Virus record (IMG/VR): IMGVR_UViG_3300045988_111617 | Strand: one strand, 5' to 3' | DNA: 64,000 bases | Source: a virus | In this document: one piece after another, positions 8,425 through 17,946 of the stretch | Layout: every line of letters begins with the position of its first letter | Position numbering within the stretch: position 1 is the stretch's first letter | Program-made: the position numbers and the translations under genes | The notes under the pieces: generated by a model | Told to the model about the DNA's origin: nothing | The model's database searches: none | What the model saw: the letters and a program-made list of their open reading frames with translations, nothing else

Positions 8425-8425
8425 T

Positions 8426-8731
8426 ATGTGGTGGATATTTATATCTATAGTTTTTGCCCTTATACTGTATGTAAGCACAAGAAACCTTGCAGAATACGGT
8501 GGTAGGGGCAAAGGCTTTATACCAGTTAAATTTCCTATTTGGGGATTACTGTTGCTAATCATTTCTCTACTCATTCCTATTTTTAACATCCTTGCATTTC
8601 TTGTATGTATAGTCTCGATTTTTATAGCAGTGTCTATGGGAACCAAATATACTAATGATGGATGGCACCTCATAAAGGGGAAGAAGAATTGGGTTTACAG
8701 TGCAGTAATGTTTTTACAGAAAGAAATCTAA
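8426..8731 (+). CDS. NfeD-like small membrane protein (candidate SPFH partner)
   Basis: 101 aa, three TM helices then a short soluble tail, immediately downstream of the SPFH gene; NfeD-SPFH pairing is a known operon pattern. Confidence 0.35.
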   Translation: MWWIFISIVFALILYVSTRNLAEYGGRGKGFIPVKFPIWGLLLLIISLLIPIFNILAFLVCIVSIFIAVSMGTKYTNDGWHLIKGKKNWVYSAVMFLQKEI

Positions 8732-8961
8732 AAAAAAAAATGGATAACACAGGAACATTTAAGAGTGCTCTTACTCAGAGTTTCAAGGGCATCAAGGAAA
8801 CAAAGGCTGCTGCCTTGACAACATGCAGAAGAGATATAACCTCAAGATGAATCTTGTAATTACTCATACTGATATAGACTATTCTGAAGCTGGTGTATGT
8901 TTCCCTAAAGGAGACTGCTCTTTCTTTATAAATAGTATGTCAAAGGTTCTTAAAGAGTTTC

Positions 8962-10263
8962 TTGTTCTACAGAACATCTATACCTCAGACAATCCTGATT
9001 CAAACTTTGAATTGTATGACACAAGAATTAACTGAACAGAAAAGCAGGTTACAGAATGAAATGTCAGATTACCTCAATGAAAGGGGTAATCTGGCTTTAC
9101 AATGGGCTACTGGAATAGGCAAGTCCAGAGTGGCAGTAAATGCTGTAATGGATTTGTTTAACCAGTATGGAGAAGAGTTCAGGGCCCTCATTGTAGTAGC
9201 AGAAGATGCTCATAAGGATAACTGGAGAGAAGAGTTCAAAAAAGGACTTAACCCTCTGGTATATGACTGGATAATGCCTCATGTTCAGATTATCTGTTAT
9301 GCTTCTCTCAAGAACTGGAGAGATACAAAGTGGGACATCATTGTGTTTGATGAGGCTCATCACCTTCAGTCTGATACAAGGAAGGACATTCTGCAAAGTC
9401 TTAACTCACCAAGAGTACTTGCCTTATCTGCAACTCTCAAGGAAGATGTCCTTGAGGCTCTCACCAGATGTTTTGGAAGATTCAAAGTGAGCAAGATAAC
9501 TTTGCAGGATGCCATTGATAAAGGCTTTCTTCCTGAACCAAAGATAGTCTGTATTCCTCTTGAACTCAAAAGATTTGACAGAACTGAGACTATTGAAATG
9601 GACTTGAGAACTGCCAAGTCTGGAGATAAGGGAGTTATAAAAGACCTTTGGAGCAACAGGTGGAAGTATATGAGGAACAGAAAGGCATACTTGGGATATG
9701 TTCTTAAGTTTTCATGTACTCAGAAAGAAAAGTATGAGTATATAAATGAGCAGTTTGATTACTGGAAAAGGCAATACTTCAGGAATCAGGGCAACATAAG
9801 GCTTAAGAATATGTGGCTTCAATGGGGAACCAAGAGAAAGAGATTTCTTGGTGAACTCAAGACAAGAGAAGCAGAAGAACTTTGTGTCAAACTCAATAAG
9901 GAGGGCAAGAGGTTCATCTGTTTCTGTTCTTCTATTATACAGGCTGAGTTCCTTGGAGGAGAGAACTGTATTCACTCAAAGAAGAAGGATGTAGAGGGGG
10001 TTATCTCTGCATTCAACTCAGGAAAGACTAACTCAATCTTTGCAGTAGGAATGCTTCAGGAAGGTCAGAACTTGACTAATATACAGGCAGGTATCATTGT
10101 GCAGCTTGATGGGGAGGAGAGAGGATTTATACAGAAGTTTGGTAGAAGCTTAAGAGCAGAAGACCCTGTGCAATATATCCTTTATTATAAAAATACAAGA
10201 GATGAAGAGTATCTTCAAAAAGCTCTTGAAAATATAAATAAAGATTATGTACAAGAAATATGA
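8962..10263 (+). CDS. SF2 (SNF2/DEAD-like) DNA helicase
   Basis: Walker A QWATGIGKSRVAV, DEAH-box VFDEAHHL, helicase C-terminal motifs (QEGQNLTNIQAGIIVQLDG); start may be an internal Met. Confidence 0.65.
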   Translation: MFYRTSIPQTILIQTLNCMTQELTEQKSRLQNEMSDYLNERGNLALQWATGIGKSRVAVNAVMDLFNQYGEEFRALIVVAEDAHKDNWREEFKKGLNPLVYDWIMPHVQIICYASLKNWRDTKWDIIVFDEAHHLQSDTRKDILQSLNSPRVLALSATLKEDVLEALTRCFGRFKVSKITLQDAIDKGFLPEPKIVCIPLELKRFDRTETIEMDLRTAKSGDKGVIKDLWSNRWKYMRNRKAYLGYVLKFSCTQKEKYEYINEQFDYWKRQYFRNQGNIRLKNMWLQWGTKRKRFLGELKTREAEELCVKLNKEGKRFICFCSSIIQAEFLGGENCIHSKKKDVEGVISAFNSGKTNSIFAVGMLQEGQNLTNIQAGIIVQLDGEERGFIQKFGRSLRAEDPVQYILYYKNTRDEEYLQKALENINKDYVQEI

Positions 10264-10862
10264 AAATAACAATTGAAACAAATGCCATGATTAGACATGG
10301 CACTTGTATTGGAGAAATATTGGTTTTGCTCGAAATACTTAATGGAGTAAATCATTCCCAGATTATCAATAATCTAATAAAAAAGGGATATATTACATCT
10401 GCAACTGGCCAATCTTTCGTAACTGAAAAGAAATATGCTTTAATGGATAAAGCTAAAGGTTTACTTGAAGATGTTAATTTGGACTCTGTAGATTCTGATA
10501 ATAAGGAGTCTAGAAACATCGAGGAATTAGCAATTAAATTAAAAGAGCTTTTCCCAAAAGGTAAAAAACCTGGTACTACTCAATATTGGGCAGAAGGAAC
10601 TTCTTTGATAGTTAAACGACTTAAGGTTTTCTTCAAAAAGTATGGAGAGTATACTGATGAACAGATATTGTCCGCAGCTGAAAGATATATAAAATCTTTT
10701 AACGGAGATTATTCTTATATGAGAGTGCTCAAATACTTTATATGGGCTGAAAAAGTAAATAAAGCTGGAGAAGTAGAATCAACATCTGATTTACTTACTT
10801 TTATAGAGAATACAGAAGACCTTGACCCTATCAGAAATGATTGGACATCTAACTTGAATTGA
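10260..10862 (+). CDS. hypothetical protein
   Basis: 200-aa ORF. Confidence 0.5.
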   Translation: MKITIETNAMIRHGTCIGEILVLLEILNGVNHSQIINNLIKKGYITSATGQSFVTEKKYALMDKAKGLLEDVNLDSVDSDNKESRNIEELAIKLKELFPKGKKPGTTQYWAEGTSLIVKRLKVFFKKYGEYTDEQILSAAERYIKSFNGDYSYMRVLKYFIWAEKVNKAGEVESTSDLLTFIENTEDLDPIRNDWTSNLN

Positions 10863-10863
10863 T

Positions 10864-11021
10864 ATGGAGTTTTCAGAAGTGTTGCAAGACCTTCAAAGGA
10901 GAAGAGATAGAGTGATGAATGGACTGTGGAACTGTATTCCACTGCCATTTCCAAGATTTAAACAGTTACTTCCTGGATTTGAACAGGGAAAGTACATAGT
11001 GGTTACTGCTAATCAGAAGGT
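10864..11021 (+). CDS. DnaB-like replicative helicase, exon 1
   Basis: ATG 10864; ...LPGFEQGKYIVVTANQKV supplies the first half of the Walker A; the frame stops 3 codons into the intron (TAA 11029-11031). Confidence 0.55.
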
Positions 11022-11097
11022 AAAACCTTAACAATTTTCTTAATCTATTGTATATTTGAATCATTTGTTTTATATTTGCAGTTACAAATTAAAACAT

Positions 11098-11742
11098 ATG
11101 GACAAAATTACAAGAGATTTAAGAAAAGCTGGTATTTATTGTATAGAGAATACTAAAAATAAAAAGGTGTATATAGGAAGTTCCAAAAACATCTATCAAA
11201 GATTATTGAAACATTTTGCCTTATTAAGGCATAATAAGCATCAGAATGGACATCTTCAAAATGCATGGAACAAGTATGGAGAAGGTGTGTTCAGATGGTA
11301 TGTTTTAGAGTTCTGCTCAGAGGATAAATTGACTGAAACAGAACAACTTTGTATAGATTTATTTGGAGCTGAATATAACATAACAAGGATTGTGGAAAGA
11401 AATGTTCTATCAGAAGAGTCAAGAACAAAGCAAGGAAATACAAGGAGAAGGCTTCATCAAGAAGGGAAACTTGAATGGAACTTTAATCCTGTGCCTTTGT
11501 ATGTGTATGATTTAGATGGAAATTTTCTGTTTATAAATCCTTTAGGAGTTAAAGATACAGCAAGTAAATTAGGCATATCTGCATCAAGTATATGCAGAGT
11601 TACAAATGGAACCTATAGTCAATGCAAAGGCTACAGGTTCTCTTACAAACTTGAAAATCTACCTCCTATAACTGTAAACTCTAATAAACAAAATGTAAAA
11701 TACCAGAGATTAAGGACTGCCGTGTCAAAGAGAAATTTTTGA
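11098..11742 (+). CDS. GIY-YIG homing endonuclease (intron-encoded)
   Basis: MDKITRDLRKAGIYCIENTKNKKVYIGSS; start chosen at atggacaa, which is shared with the HNH intron ORF start context. Confidence 0.65.
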   Translation: MDKITRDLRKAGIYCIENTKNKKVYIGSSKNIYQRLLKHFALLRHNKHQNGHLQNAWNKYGEGVFRWYVLEFCSEDKLTETEQLCIDLFGAEYNITRIVERNVLSEESRTKQGNTRRRLHQEGKLEWNFNPVPLYVYDLDGNFLFINPLGVKDTASKLGISASSICRVTNGTYSQCKGYRFSYKLENLPPITVNSNKQNVKYQRLRTAVSKRNF

Positions 11743-11856
11743 TATTATAACACCTGAATATCCTCAGAAGCTAAGTTGGGAAACCAATATGTCAATTTGA
11801 GGAGGCATAGGCTATACCTTGAGTATAGATTCAGCCCCAGAGGCCAGATGCAGGTG

Positions 11857-11892
11857 CCCTTAACAGATAATGCTGAAGGTGAAGACATGGTC
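11857..11892 (+). repeat. 36-nt repeat, second copy (intron core)
   Basis: 33/36 identity with 8099-8134. Confidence 0.8.
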
Positions 11893-11937
11893 CAGACCAC
11901 AAACATTTATTGTGGTAGGGAAACCTATAGTGGTAAG

Positions 11938-12952
11938 AGGTAAGTCAAAACTATGTGATTACCTGTTAGTCTATTCTACTATATTCTTTGCTATGGAACA
12001 TCCAGAGTTCAAGGCAAAGATTCTCTATTTTACTCTTGAGATGAGTCCTAAAGAGAAGTATAATGAGTTCTTATGTCATCTTCTGTTCAGACTTGATGGT
12101 ATAGTCATATCTCCTACAGAGCTCAAGAGCACTGATAAGGACAAGCCAGTTGACCCTCATATCTTTGAACTTCTTAAAAGTGAAAGGTATCAGGCCTATA
12201 TAAGGAAGTTTGAAGAAATGGTGGAATATATAGATACTGACAGAAATCCTACTGGAATAAACAAAAAGTGCAGAGCTTATGCAGAAGAGCATGGTCATTA
12301 CAATTATAAGACAGTCAAGAACAAGAACAAATTGACTGGTGAGGAAGAGGAAGTAAGGATACTTGACCCTACTGAACCTTATACTCCAGATGACCCAGAA
12401 GAGTACAAGATTGTCATAGTGGATAATGCTTCTAACATATCTTTGGAAAAGGGTCTGGACAAGAGGGAATCCATTGACAAACTTTCAAAGCATGGTATTA
12501 CTTTAAGAAATCAGATGCAGTTCATATTTGTGCTTATTCAGCATCAGGCTCAAGCCCAAGAGGGTATTGAGAATCAAAAACTGAACAGGCTTAAACCATC
12601 ATCAGATGGATTGGCTGACTGTAAGACTACCACCAGAGATGCAAATCTTGTGATTGGTCTATACTCACCGTTCAAGTATGGAATACCTGATTTTGAAGGG
12701 TATGACATCAAGAAGTTTAGGAACTATATAAGGTTTATGGAAGTTATTGAAGATAGGGATTATGGTTCAGCAGGAAACATATGTCCATTGTTCTTCAATG
12801 GTGCAGTAAGTACATTCAATGAACTTCCTTTACCAACAGACAGTGCTGGACTTGAGAGTGTCTATGGCTATATAGATACTCTTAACAAACAGAAGATGAA
12901 AAGAAAGGCTAAGTCTTTCTTTATGTATTTGAGAAAAATTTTTAAGAAATAA
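11938..12952 (+). CDS. DnaB-like replicative helicase, exon 2
   Basis: GKSKLCDYLL...ILYFTLEMS aligns with the T4 gp41 / DnaB Walker A and H1a regions (VGKSLGLCSLAADYL...LYISMEMA, from memory). Confidence 0.6.
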
Positions 12953-12958
12953 GTGTAG

Positions 12959-13702
12959 ATGAAAGCATTAGTGCTTGCAAAAAGTGGATTTGGGAAGAGT
13001 ACCTCAATTGGTGCTATTCCTGAATTGGGACTTAAAGGGCTTGACCCAGCCAAGACTTATCTGATTAGCTGTGTGAATAAACCTCTTCCTTTTAGAGGTG
13101 CTGCTTCTCAGTATAAGATTGCCAAGGTTAAGAGTCAGCCAACAGACAAGACTTTCCCTGCTGAGATAGCATCTGGGAACAGACTTATCTCTAATGATGC
13201 AAAGACCATTGCAGCAGTAATTGAACTGCTTGCTAATTCCCCTTATGAGAACATAGTTCTTGATGATATGAACTACATATCTCAGGACTTCTATATGAAG
13301 AATGCTCTCAAGGGAGGATGGGATACCCCAAAGCAGATTGGCTATGGTATGGGACTTATCTTTGATGCAATCAACAAGGTTCCTGAAGATAAGAACATGA
13401 TTTGTCTTGCTCATTATGAGGAGTACAAGGATAAGAATGGAGATAGTCTGTCTTACAGATATAAGAGTACTGGAAACATGGTTGACCAGTATATTACTCC
13501 TGAGGGTAAGTTTGAGGTAGTCCTTTATGGAAAAGCCTCATATGATGAGAAAGAAAAGAAGTCCATCAGAGAGTTTGTAACCAATGATGATGGACAGTAT
13601 CCAGCAAAATCTCCTGTGGGAATGTTTCCACTGTATATACCTAATGACCTTGGGTATGTTGTGGACACTATGAAGGAGTATTACTTTGGAAGTAACAACT
13701 AA
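12959..13702 (+). CDS. P-loop ATPase (AAA_24/Sak4-like)
   Basis: Walker A LAKSGFGKST at the N-terminus, Walker B NIVLDDMN. Confidence 0.55.
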   Translation: MKALVLAKSGFGKSTSIGAIPELGLKGLDPAKTYLISCVNKPLPFRGAASQYKIAKVKSQPTDKTFPAEIASGNRLISNDAKTIAAVIELLANSPYENIVLDDMNYISQDFYMKNALKGGWDTPKQIGYGMGLIFDAINKVPEDKNMICLAHYEEYKDKNGDSLSYRYKSTGNMVDQYITPEGKFEVVLYGKASYDEKEKKSIREFVTNDDGQYPAKSPVGMFPLYIPNDLGYVVDTMKEYYFGSNN

Positions 13703-13714
13703 AAATAAATACAA

Positions 13715-14056
13715 ATGGAATTAAGTAGATATGAACTTGCTGCTGTCAAGAAGACAGCACAGATTATTAAGCCCAAGAGGGCTAAAATTTGCAAGCTTCT
13801 TGCAAAGAGAGAAGAGATTAATAGGCAGATAGATTCTCTTCAGAGTGAGATTGACCTCTGGGAGGCTCCTATCATAACCAAACATGGTTATTCTTCTGAG
13901 CAGATTCTTTCAGGAGAGGCTGATGAGATAGCCTCACAGACTGAGAATATGTCAGAGGTTCCTGTAGAAACTGTTGATGATACAGAGGAGGGAGAAGCTG
14001 CTGATATGCGGGCTGGACATACATCAACATCTGTAGATGAGAACCCAGAACTTTAA
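13715..14056 (+). CDS. hypothetical acidic protein
   Basis: 113-aa ORF, acidic C-terminus. Confidence 0.45.
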   Translation: MELSRYELAAVKKTAQIIKPKRAKICKLLAKREEINRQIDSLQSEIDLWEAPIITKHGYSSEQILSGEADEIASQTENMSEVPVETVDDTEEGEAADMRAGHTSTSVDENPEL

Positions 14057-14085
14057 TAGTAAATCAACTAAAACAAACAAAACAA

Positions 14086-15030
14086 ATGAGTAGAACGAAT
14101 AAACTGTTTTTTGCAGTAGCAAAGGGTAAAATATCCTCTGAGGGAGGAGAAGTCAAGAGGTACATTGGTGTAGCACCAGTATTTGTACTTGCAGTGAATC
14201 CAGACAAGAAGAAACTGGAGGAACTCTATGGTAATACCCTTGAGAATGACCCAGTATATGTAGGTGAGGCTGAGGTTGGAGAGGACAAGAAGAAAGTAGC
14301 ACAGGTAAGGCTTGACTTTATCCTCAAGATAGATGGTACCAAGTGCAAAGACTCTCAGGGAAATCCTATTGATGCTCTTACCAGAGTGTCATTCTTCCTC
14401 AGAAACCAGTATAGAACCAACAATGCTGGAGATAAGATTCAGGTGATTGACAAGTATGGTAGAACTGCATGGGTAACCAAAGAGCAGTTTGAGAAGAAGG
14501 AGATTCCTGTATATTCCAATGGTCCTGCAAACCTTGACAAGGACTATAGACCATGCTTCTGGGGAGAAGAGCAGCTCACTAACTTCATAAGGGCATACCT
14601 CAACATTCCTAATGTAATGAAGTATGTCAATAAGCAGTGGGTTCTCATTGACAAGCCAGAGGAGGCAGAAGTAAGATTGGATGAGATTTCCAACTATTTC
14701 AAGGGTAACTATTCAGAGTTGAATGAAATCCTTACTTATCAGCCTCAGAATAAGGTTAAACTTCTCTTTGGAGTAAGGACAACTGATGACAACAAGCAGT
14801 TCCAGGCTGTATATACTGAAATGTTCCTCAAGAATGGTGTAACTGACTATTCAAGACTTGACAAGGATGTTCAGGAGAGGAAGAATGCAGGAGCATATCC
14901 TACAACTGAGTTTGAGGTATGTGACCTTAAGGTTTATCAGGTAGGTGCAACTGACCTAAGCAATGCAGCAGTTCCTGGTGACATGCCTGATTTCACAGAT
15001 GCTCCAGCCAATCCTTGGGGAAGCAAATAA
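14086..15030 (+). CDS. hypothetical protein (possibly ssDNA-binding; unsupported)
   Basis: 314-aa ORF between the ATPase and the primase. Confidence 0.45.
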   Translation: MSRTNKLFFAVAKGKISSEGGEVKRYIGVAPVFVLAVNPDKKKLEELYGNTLENDPVYVGEAEVGEDKKKVAQVRLDFILKIDGTKCKDSQGNPIDALTRVSFFLRNQYRTNNAGDKIQVIDKYGRTAWVTKEQFEKKEIPVYSNGPANLDKDYRPCFWGEEQLTNFIRAYLNIPNVMKYVNKQWVLIDKPEEAEVRLDEISNYFKGNYSELNEILTYQPQNKVKLLFGVRTTDDNKQFQAVYTEMFLKNGVTDYSRLDKDVQERKNAGAYPTTEFEVCDLKVYQVGATDLSNAAVPGDMPDFTDAPANPWGSK

Positions 15031-15057
15031 AAAACAAACTATAAATAATATATCCAT

Positions 15058-16035
15058 ATGGTAGCAAGAGGTTCAGACAGTACTTCTATTGAGAAGGTCA
15101 ATGACCTATATTCAGACTTTGATATTGCACACAAGTATTTAGGTATTACTTGTGTTCCTGAAGTAATTAATTCTCCACTCAGACAGGACAACAACCCTTC
15201 ATTGGGATTGTTCATAAACAACAGGACTAATAGTCTGTGGTTCAAAGATTTTGGAAGTGGAGAAAAAGGAAGTCTGTATGACCTTCTTGCCAAAATGTGG
15301 AATGTCTCCAAAGACAAGGTGTATGATAGAATCCTTGAAGATATGCCTGCTCCAGCCCTTATAAGAAAGCATGGAGTAAAGGTGTACAGGAAGTCAGCAG
15401 GCAAAGTTGAAGTTAGAGTTAGGAAATGGAGGGACTATGATATTGCCTACTGGGATTCCTATGGAATATCACTGCCTTGGCTTAAATTCGGAGAAATATA
15501 TCCCATATCTCATATTATCTTTACCAAGAATGGACACTCTTATCCTATTCCAGCAGAAAAGTATGCTTATGTCTATGTAGAAAGGAAAGACGGTATAGTC
15601 TCATTCAAGATTTACCAGCCCTACTCAAAAGAGTATAAGTGGATGTCTAAACATGACTCTTCTGTATGGGATTTATGGACTAAGATTCCAGAGAAAGGTG
15701 ATAAACTGATTATCACTTCATCAAGAAAAGATGCCCTTGCTATATGGTCTAATACAAGTATTCCTGCCCTTAGCTTGCAGGGGGAAGGTTATATACCAAA
15801 GGAGCATGTAGTCCAACAGTTGAAAGGCAGATATAATAAGGTTTATATACTTTATGATAATGACTTTCAAAGTGAAGAGAATCATGGAAGGATGTATGGT
15901 AAGATGATTGCTGAGAGATTCAATGTTACTCAGATTGAAATACCTGAGAAGTGGGGGAGCAAGGACCCTTCAGACTTAGTAAAAAATCATGGAAGAGAAG
16001 TTCTGAGAGAGGTCATAAATGAGTTAGTAAACTAA
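15058..16035 (+). CDS. DNA primase (DnaG-like, Toprim)
   Basis: Toprim signature YILYDNDFQSEENHGRMYGK...IEIPEKWGSKDPSDL. Confidence 0.6.
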   Translation: MVARGSDSTSIEKVNDLYSDFDIAHKYLGITCVPEVINSPLRQDNNPSLGLFINNRTNSLWFKDFGSGEKGSLYDLLAKMWNVSKDKVYDRILEDMPAPALIRKHGVKVYRKSAGKVEVRVRKWRDYDIAYWDSYGISLPWLKFGEIYPISHIIFTKNGHSYPIPAEKYAYVYVERKDGIVSFKIYQPYSKEYKWMSKHDSSVWDLWTKIPEKGDKLIITSSRKDALAIWSNTSIPALSLQGEGYIPKEHVVQQLKGRYNKVYILYDNDFQSEENHGRMYGKMIAERFNVTQIEIPEKWGSKDPSDLVKNHGREVLREVINELVN

Positions 16036-16049
16036 AAAAAAAAGAAACA

Positions 16050-16712
16050 ATGAGTAGAAAAGTTACTGTGCTTGTAGAGAGCACACAGAGCAAAGTTGTG
16101 TTTGAGTCAAATGCTACCACCCTTGGTGAGCTTAAGAATGAACTGAGAGAAAGACAGGTAAGGTATGATTCAAATTGTGTATTTAAGGAGGCTGCTTCAA
16201 AGACCATCCTTACATCTGATGAGTCTGTCCTTCCTTCTAACATTCCTTGGAAGGGTCAGGTAACTAATGACCTTGTGTTCATGGTCACTGCACCTCAGAA
16301 GAAAATCAGGTCTGGTGTTATGGATAGAAGGGAAGCCTATGCAAGAGTTAAGGAGCTCGGTCTTCAGGGAAAGATTCAGGAACATGAGGGAAAGAACTTC
16401 ACTCAGTGTTCAACTGCTGTTCTTATCTCCTATATAGAGAATGAGGAGAAAAAGGCAGTCAAGAAGACTCCTAAACATACTCCTGCTCCTATAGCAAAGG
16501 AGAAAGTAGTTAAAGCAGATGCCTACACTATGCCAGCATCAGGAAAAGAAATGATGTCTAATCTTAGAAACCTTCTTGATGAGATGGTATCTAAGGGAGT
16601 TCTCATGCAGCATGATGCTGATAACATCTGGGGTGTTGCCAATGGTCAGCCTGCTCTTCCTGTAGAGAGGGAGCAGTCTTATGATGAACTTGCTGAACAG
16701 TTTGACTTCTAA
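16050..16712 (+). CDS. hypothetical protein with candidate N-terminal ubiquitin-like beta-grasp
   Basis: Residues 4-85 alternate strand/helix/strand segments (KVTVLVEST, KVVFESNA, TTLGELKNELRERQ, CVFKEAASK, LVFMVTA); no terminal GG. Confidence 0.3.
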   Translation: MSRKVTVLVESTQSKVVFESNATTLGELKNELRERQVRYDSNCVFKEAASKTILTSDESVLPSNIPWKGQVTNDLVFMVTAPQKKIRSGVMDRREAYARVKELGLQGKIQEHEGKNFTQCSTAVLISYIENEEKKAVKKTPKHTPAPIAKEKVVKADAYTMPASGKEMMSNLRNLLDEMVSKGVLMQHDADNIWGVANGQPALPVEREQSYDELAEQFDF

Positions 16713-16716
16713 TAAT

Positions 16717-16765
16717 GAGGGATAAGGGTTAGGATGAATTTCCTCTCCCTTATCCCCCTTTTTTA
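16717..16765 (+). terminator. rho-independent terminator
   Basis: gagggataaggg...cccttatccccc stem followed by tttttt. Confidence 0.6.
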
Positions 16766-16770
16766 TAGGG

Positions 16771-17946
16771 ATGAATATGACAGATGAACAGAAAAAAGAA
16801 TGGGAAAATCTGTATGACAGCCTGATGGAGAAACCAAAAAGAATTCTTGAAATATTCAGTGATTATTTTGGAGAAGATAAAGTGGATATGCAAGGGTTCT
16901 GTGCTAAGGAGAACTTCTGTAAAAATAAATCATTAGGGAGGAATAATATAGATGCTATATCACATCCAGGTGGTATATTCATACTTGTATGGTTTCCTCA
17001 AGTGAAAGTCACTAATGAGTATAACAAGTCTGTAGATATACAGGACCTTTATGCTAAAGTGAAGATTAATACAAAGGGACAACTTATAGGGAAGTTCTAT
17101 CTCAATAGAGCTACCTATCCATTAAGTCATATGAGAGCTGGATATATGCATTCCCATATTCCTGGAATAAATGTCCATAACTTCTCAGAATTCCTTACAC
17201 CTTGTACTGGAGATGGGCCTATTAATGCTACTATTGGAGGTCTTAACAGGGAGTTTGACGAAGATGTATGGCAGTTATTCTGTAGTGAACTTGAAGACTT
17301 TACTCAAGTAGAGTCAATTGCAGGGGTTCCGTACAGAAGACTTGAGAATATAGGTGCCAACCCGTCTTATGATGTGACACAGAAGTTCTTTTATGTAGCC
17401 AGAGGACTTTATGGAAAGGTAGCAAGACCTCCATATGAATTTAGGGGTGTAGACCTTGGAATCATACCAGATTTCACAAGATACCTGCTTAAGAATGTCT
17501 CTCTTCCTATGGAATACTCAAATGGAACATACTGTCTTGGAATGTCTTATTATGATGCTACCATCTTGATTAGTAATAAGTTCATAGAATGGTTCAATCT
17601 TGAAGACAATCCATACAGGAGGTTATATAATTTTCAGTATTTGAAGGATATGAATATCCTTAGAGAGTATATGATAGCTGATGGTAAAATCCATACTACC
17701 AGGGCTACTGGAGATATCAATGATTATAGGGACCATGAGGGTAAACTTGTATGTAAATTCAAAGAAAGAGAGATTAGATTACACATAATTAATACTTCTT
17801 CCTCTGAACAGCATTCAGCTACCCTATTGCAAGCACATGTTATAAGGGATATAGTATCAGCTATTTGTAAAGTTGTAAATTTAAGATATGGAAGAAAAGA
17901 AGGAGAAGAGAAGTCTGAGCTTGATAGACAGACATTCTACGTATAA
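16771..17946 (+). CDS. hypothetical protein (391 aa)
   Basis: Long ORF, no motif recognised; several Cys/His clusters. Confidence 0.5.
   Translation: MNMTDEQKKEWENLYDSLMEKPKRILEIFSDYFGEDKVDMQGFCAKENFCKNKSLGRNNIDAISHPGGIFILVWFPQVKVTNEYNKSVDIQDLYAKVKINTKGQLIGKFYLNRATYPLSHMRAGYMHSHIPGINVHNFSEFLTPCTGDGPINATIGGLNREFDEDVWQLFCSELEDFTQVESIAGVPYRRLENIGANPSYDVTQKFFYVARGLYGKVARPPYEFRGVDLGIIPDFTRYLLKNVSLPMEYSNGTYCLGMSYYDATILISNKFIEWFNLEDNPYRRLYNFQYLKDMNILREYMIADGKIHTTRATGDINDYRDHEGKLVCKFKEREIRLHIINTSSSEQHSATLLQAHVIRDIVSAICKVVNLRYGRKEGEEKSELDRQTFYV

Larger units (their letters stand above)
11022..11937 (+). mobile_element. group I intron with GIY-YIG homing endonuclease ORF
   Basis: 5' exon ends in T (11021) and the insertion ends in G (11937). 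Both junctions show ag|gtaa duplication. The 3' part contains gacatggtcc...accac, resembling the group I P7-P9 core as recalled from the Tetrahymena intron. Splicing restores the Walker A A-NQKV-GKS. Confidence 0.6.

Noticed and set aside
13004-13414. Minus-strand ORFs overlapping plus-strand genes (also 15039-15404, 31436-32090, 28127-28600, 23200-23544 and others)
   Set aside because: They lie entirely inside well-supported genes on the opposite strand; typical spurious antisense ORFs in AT-rich DNA.
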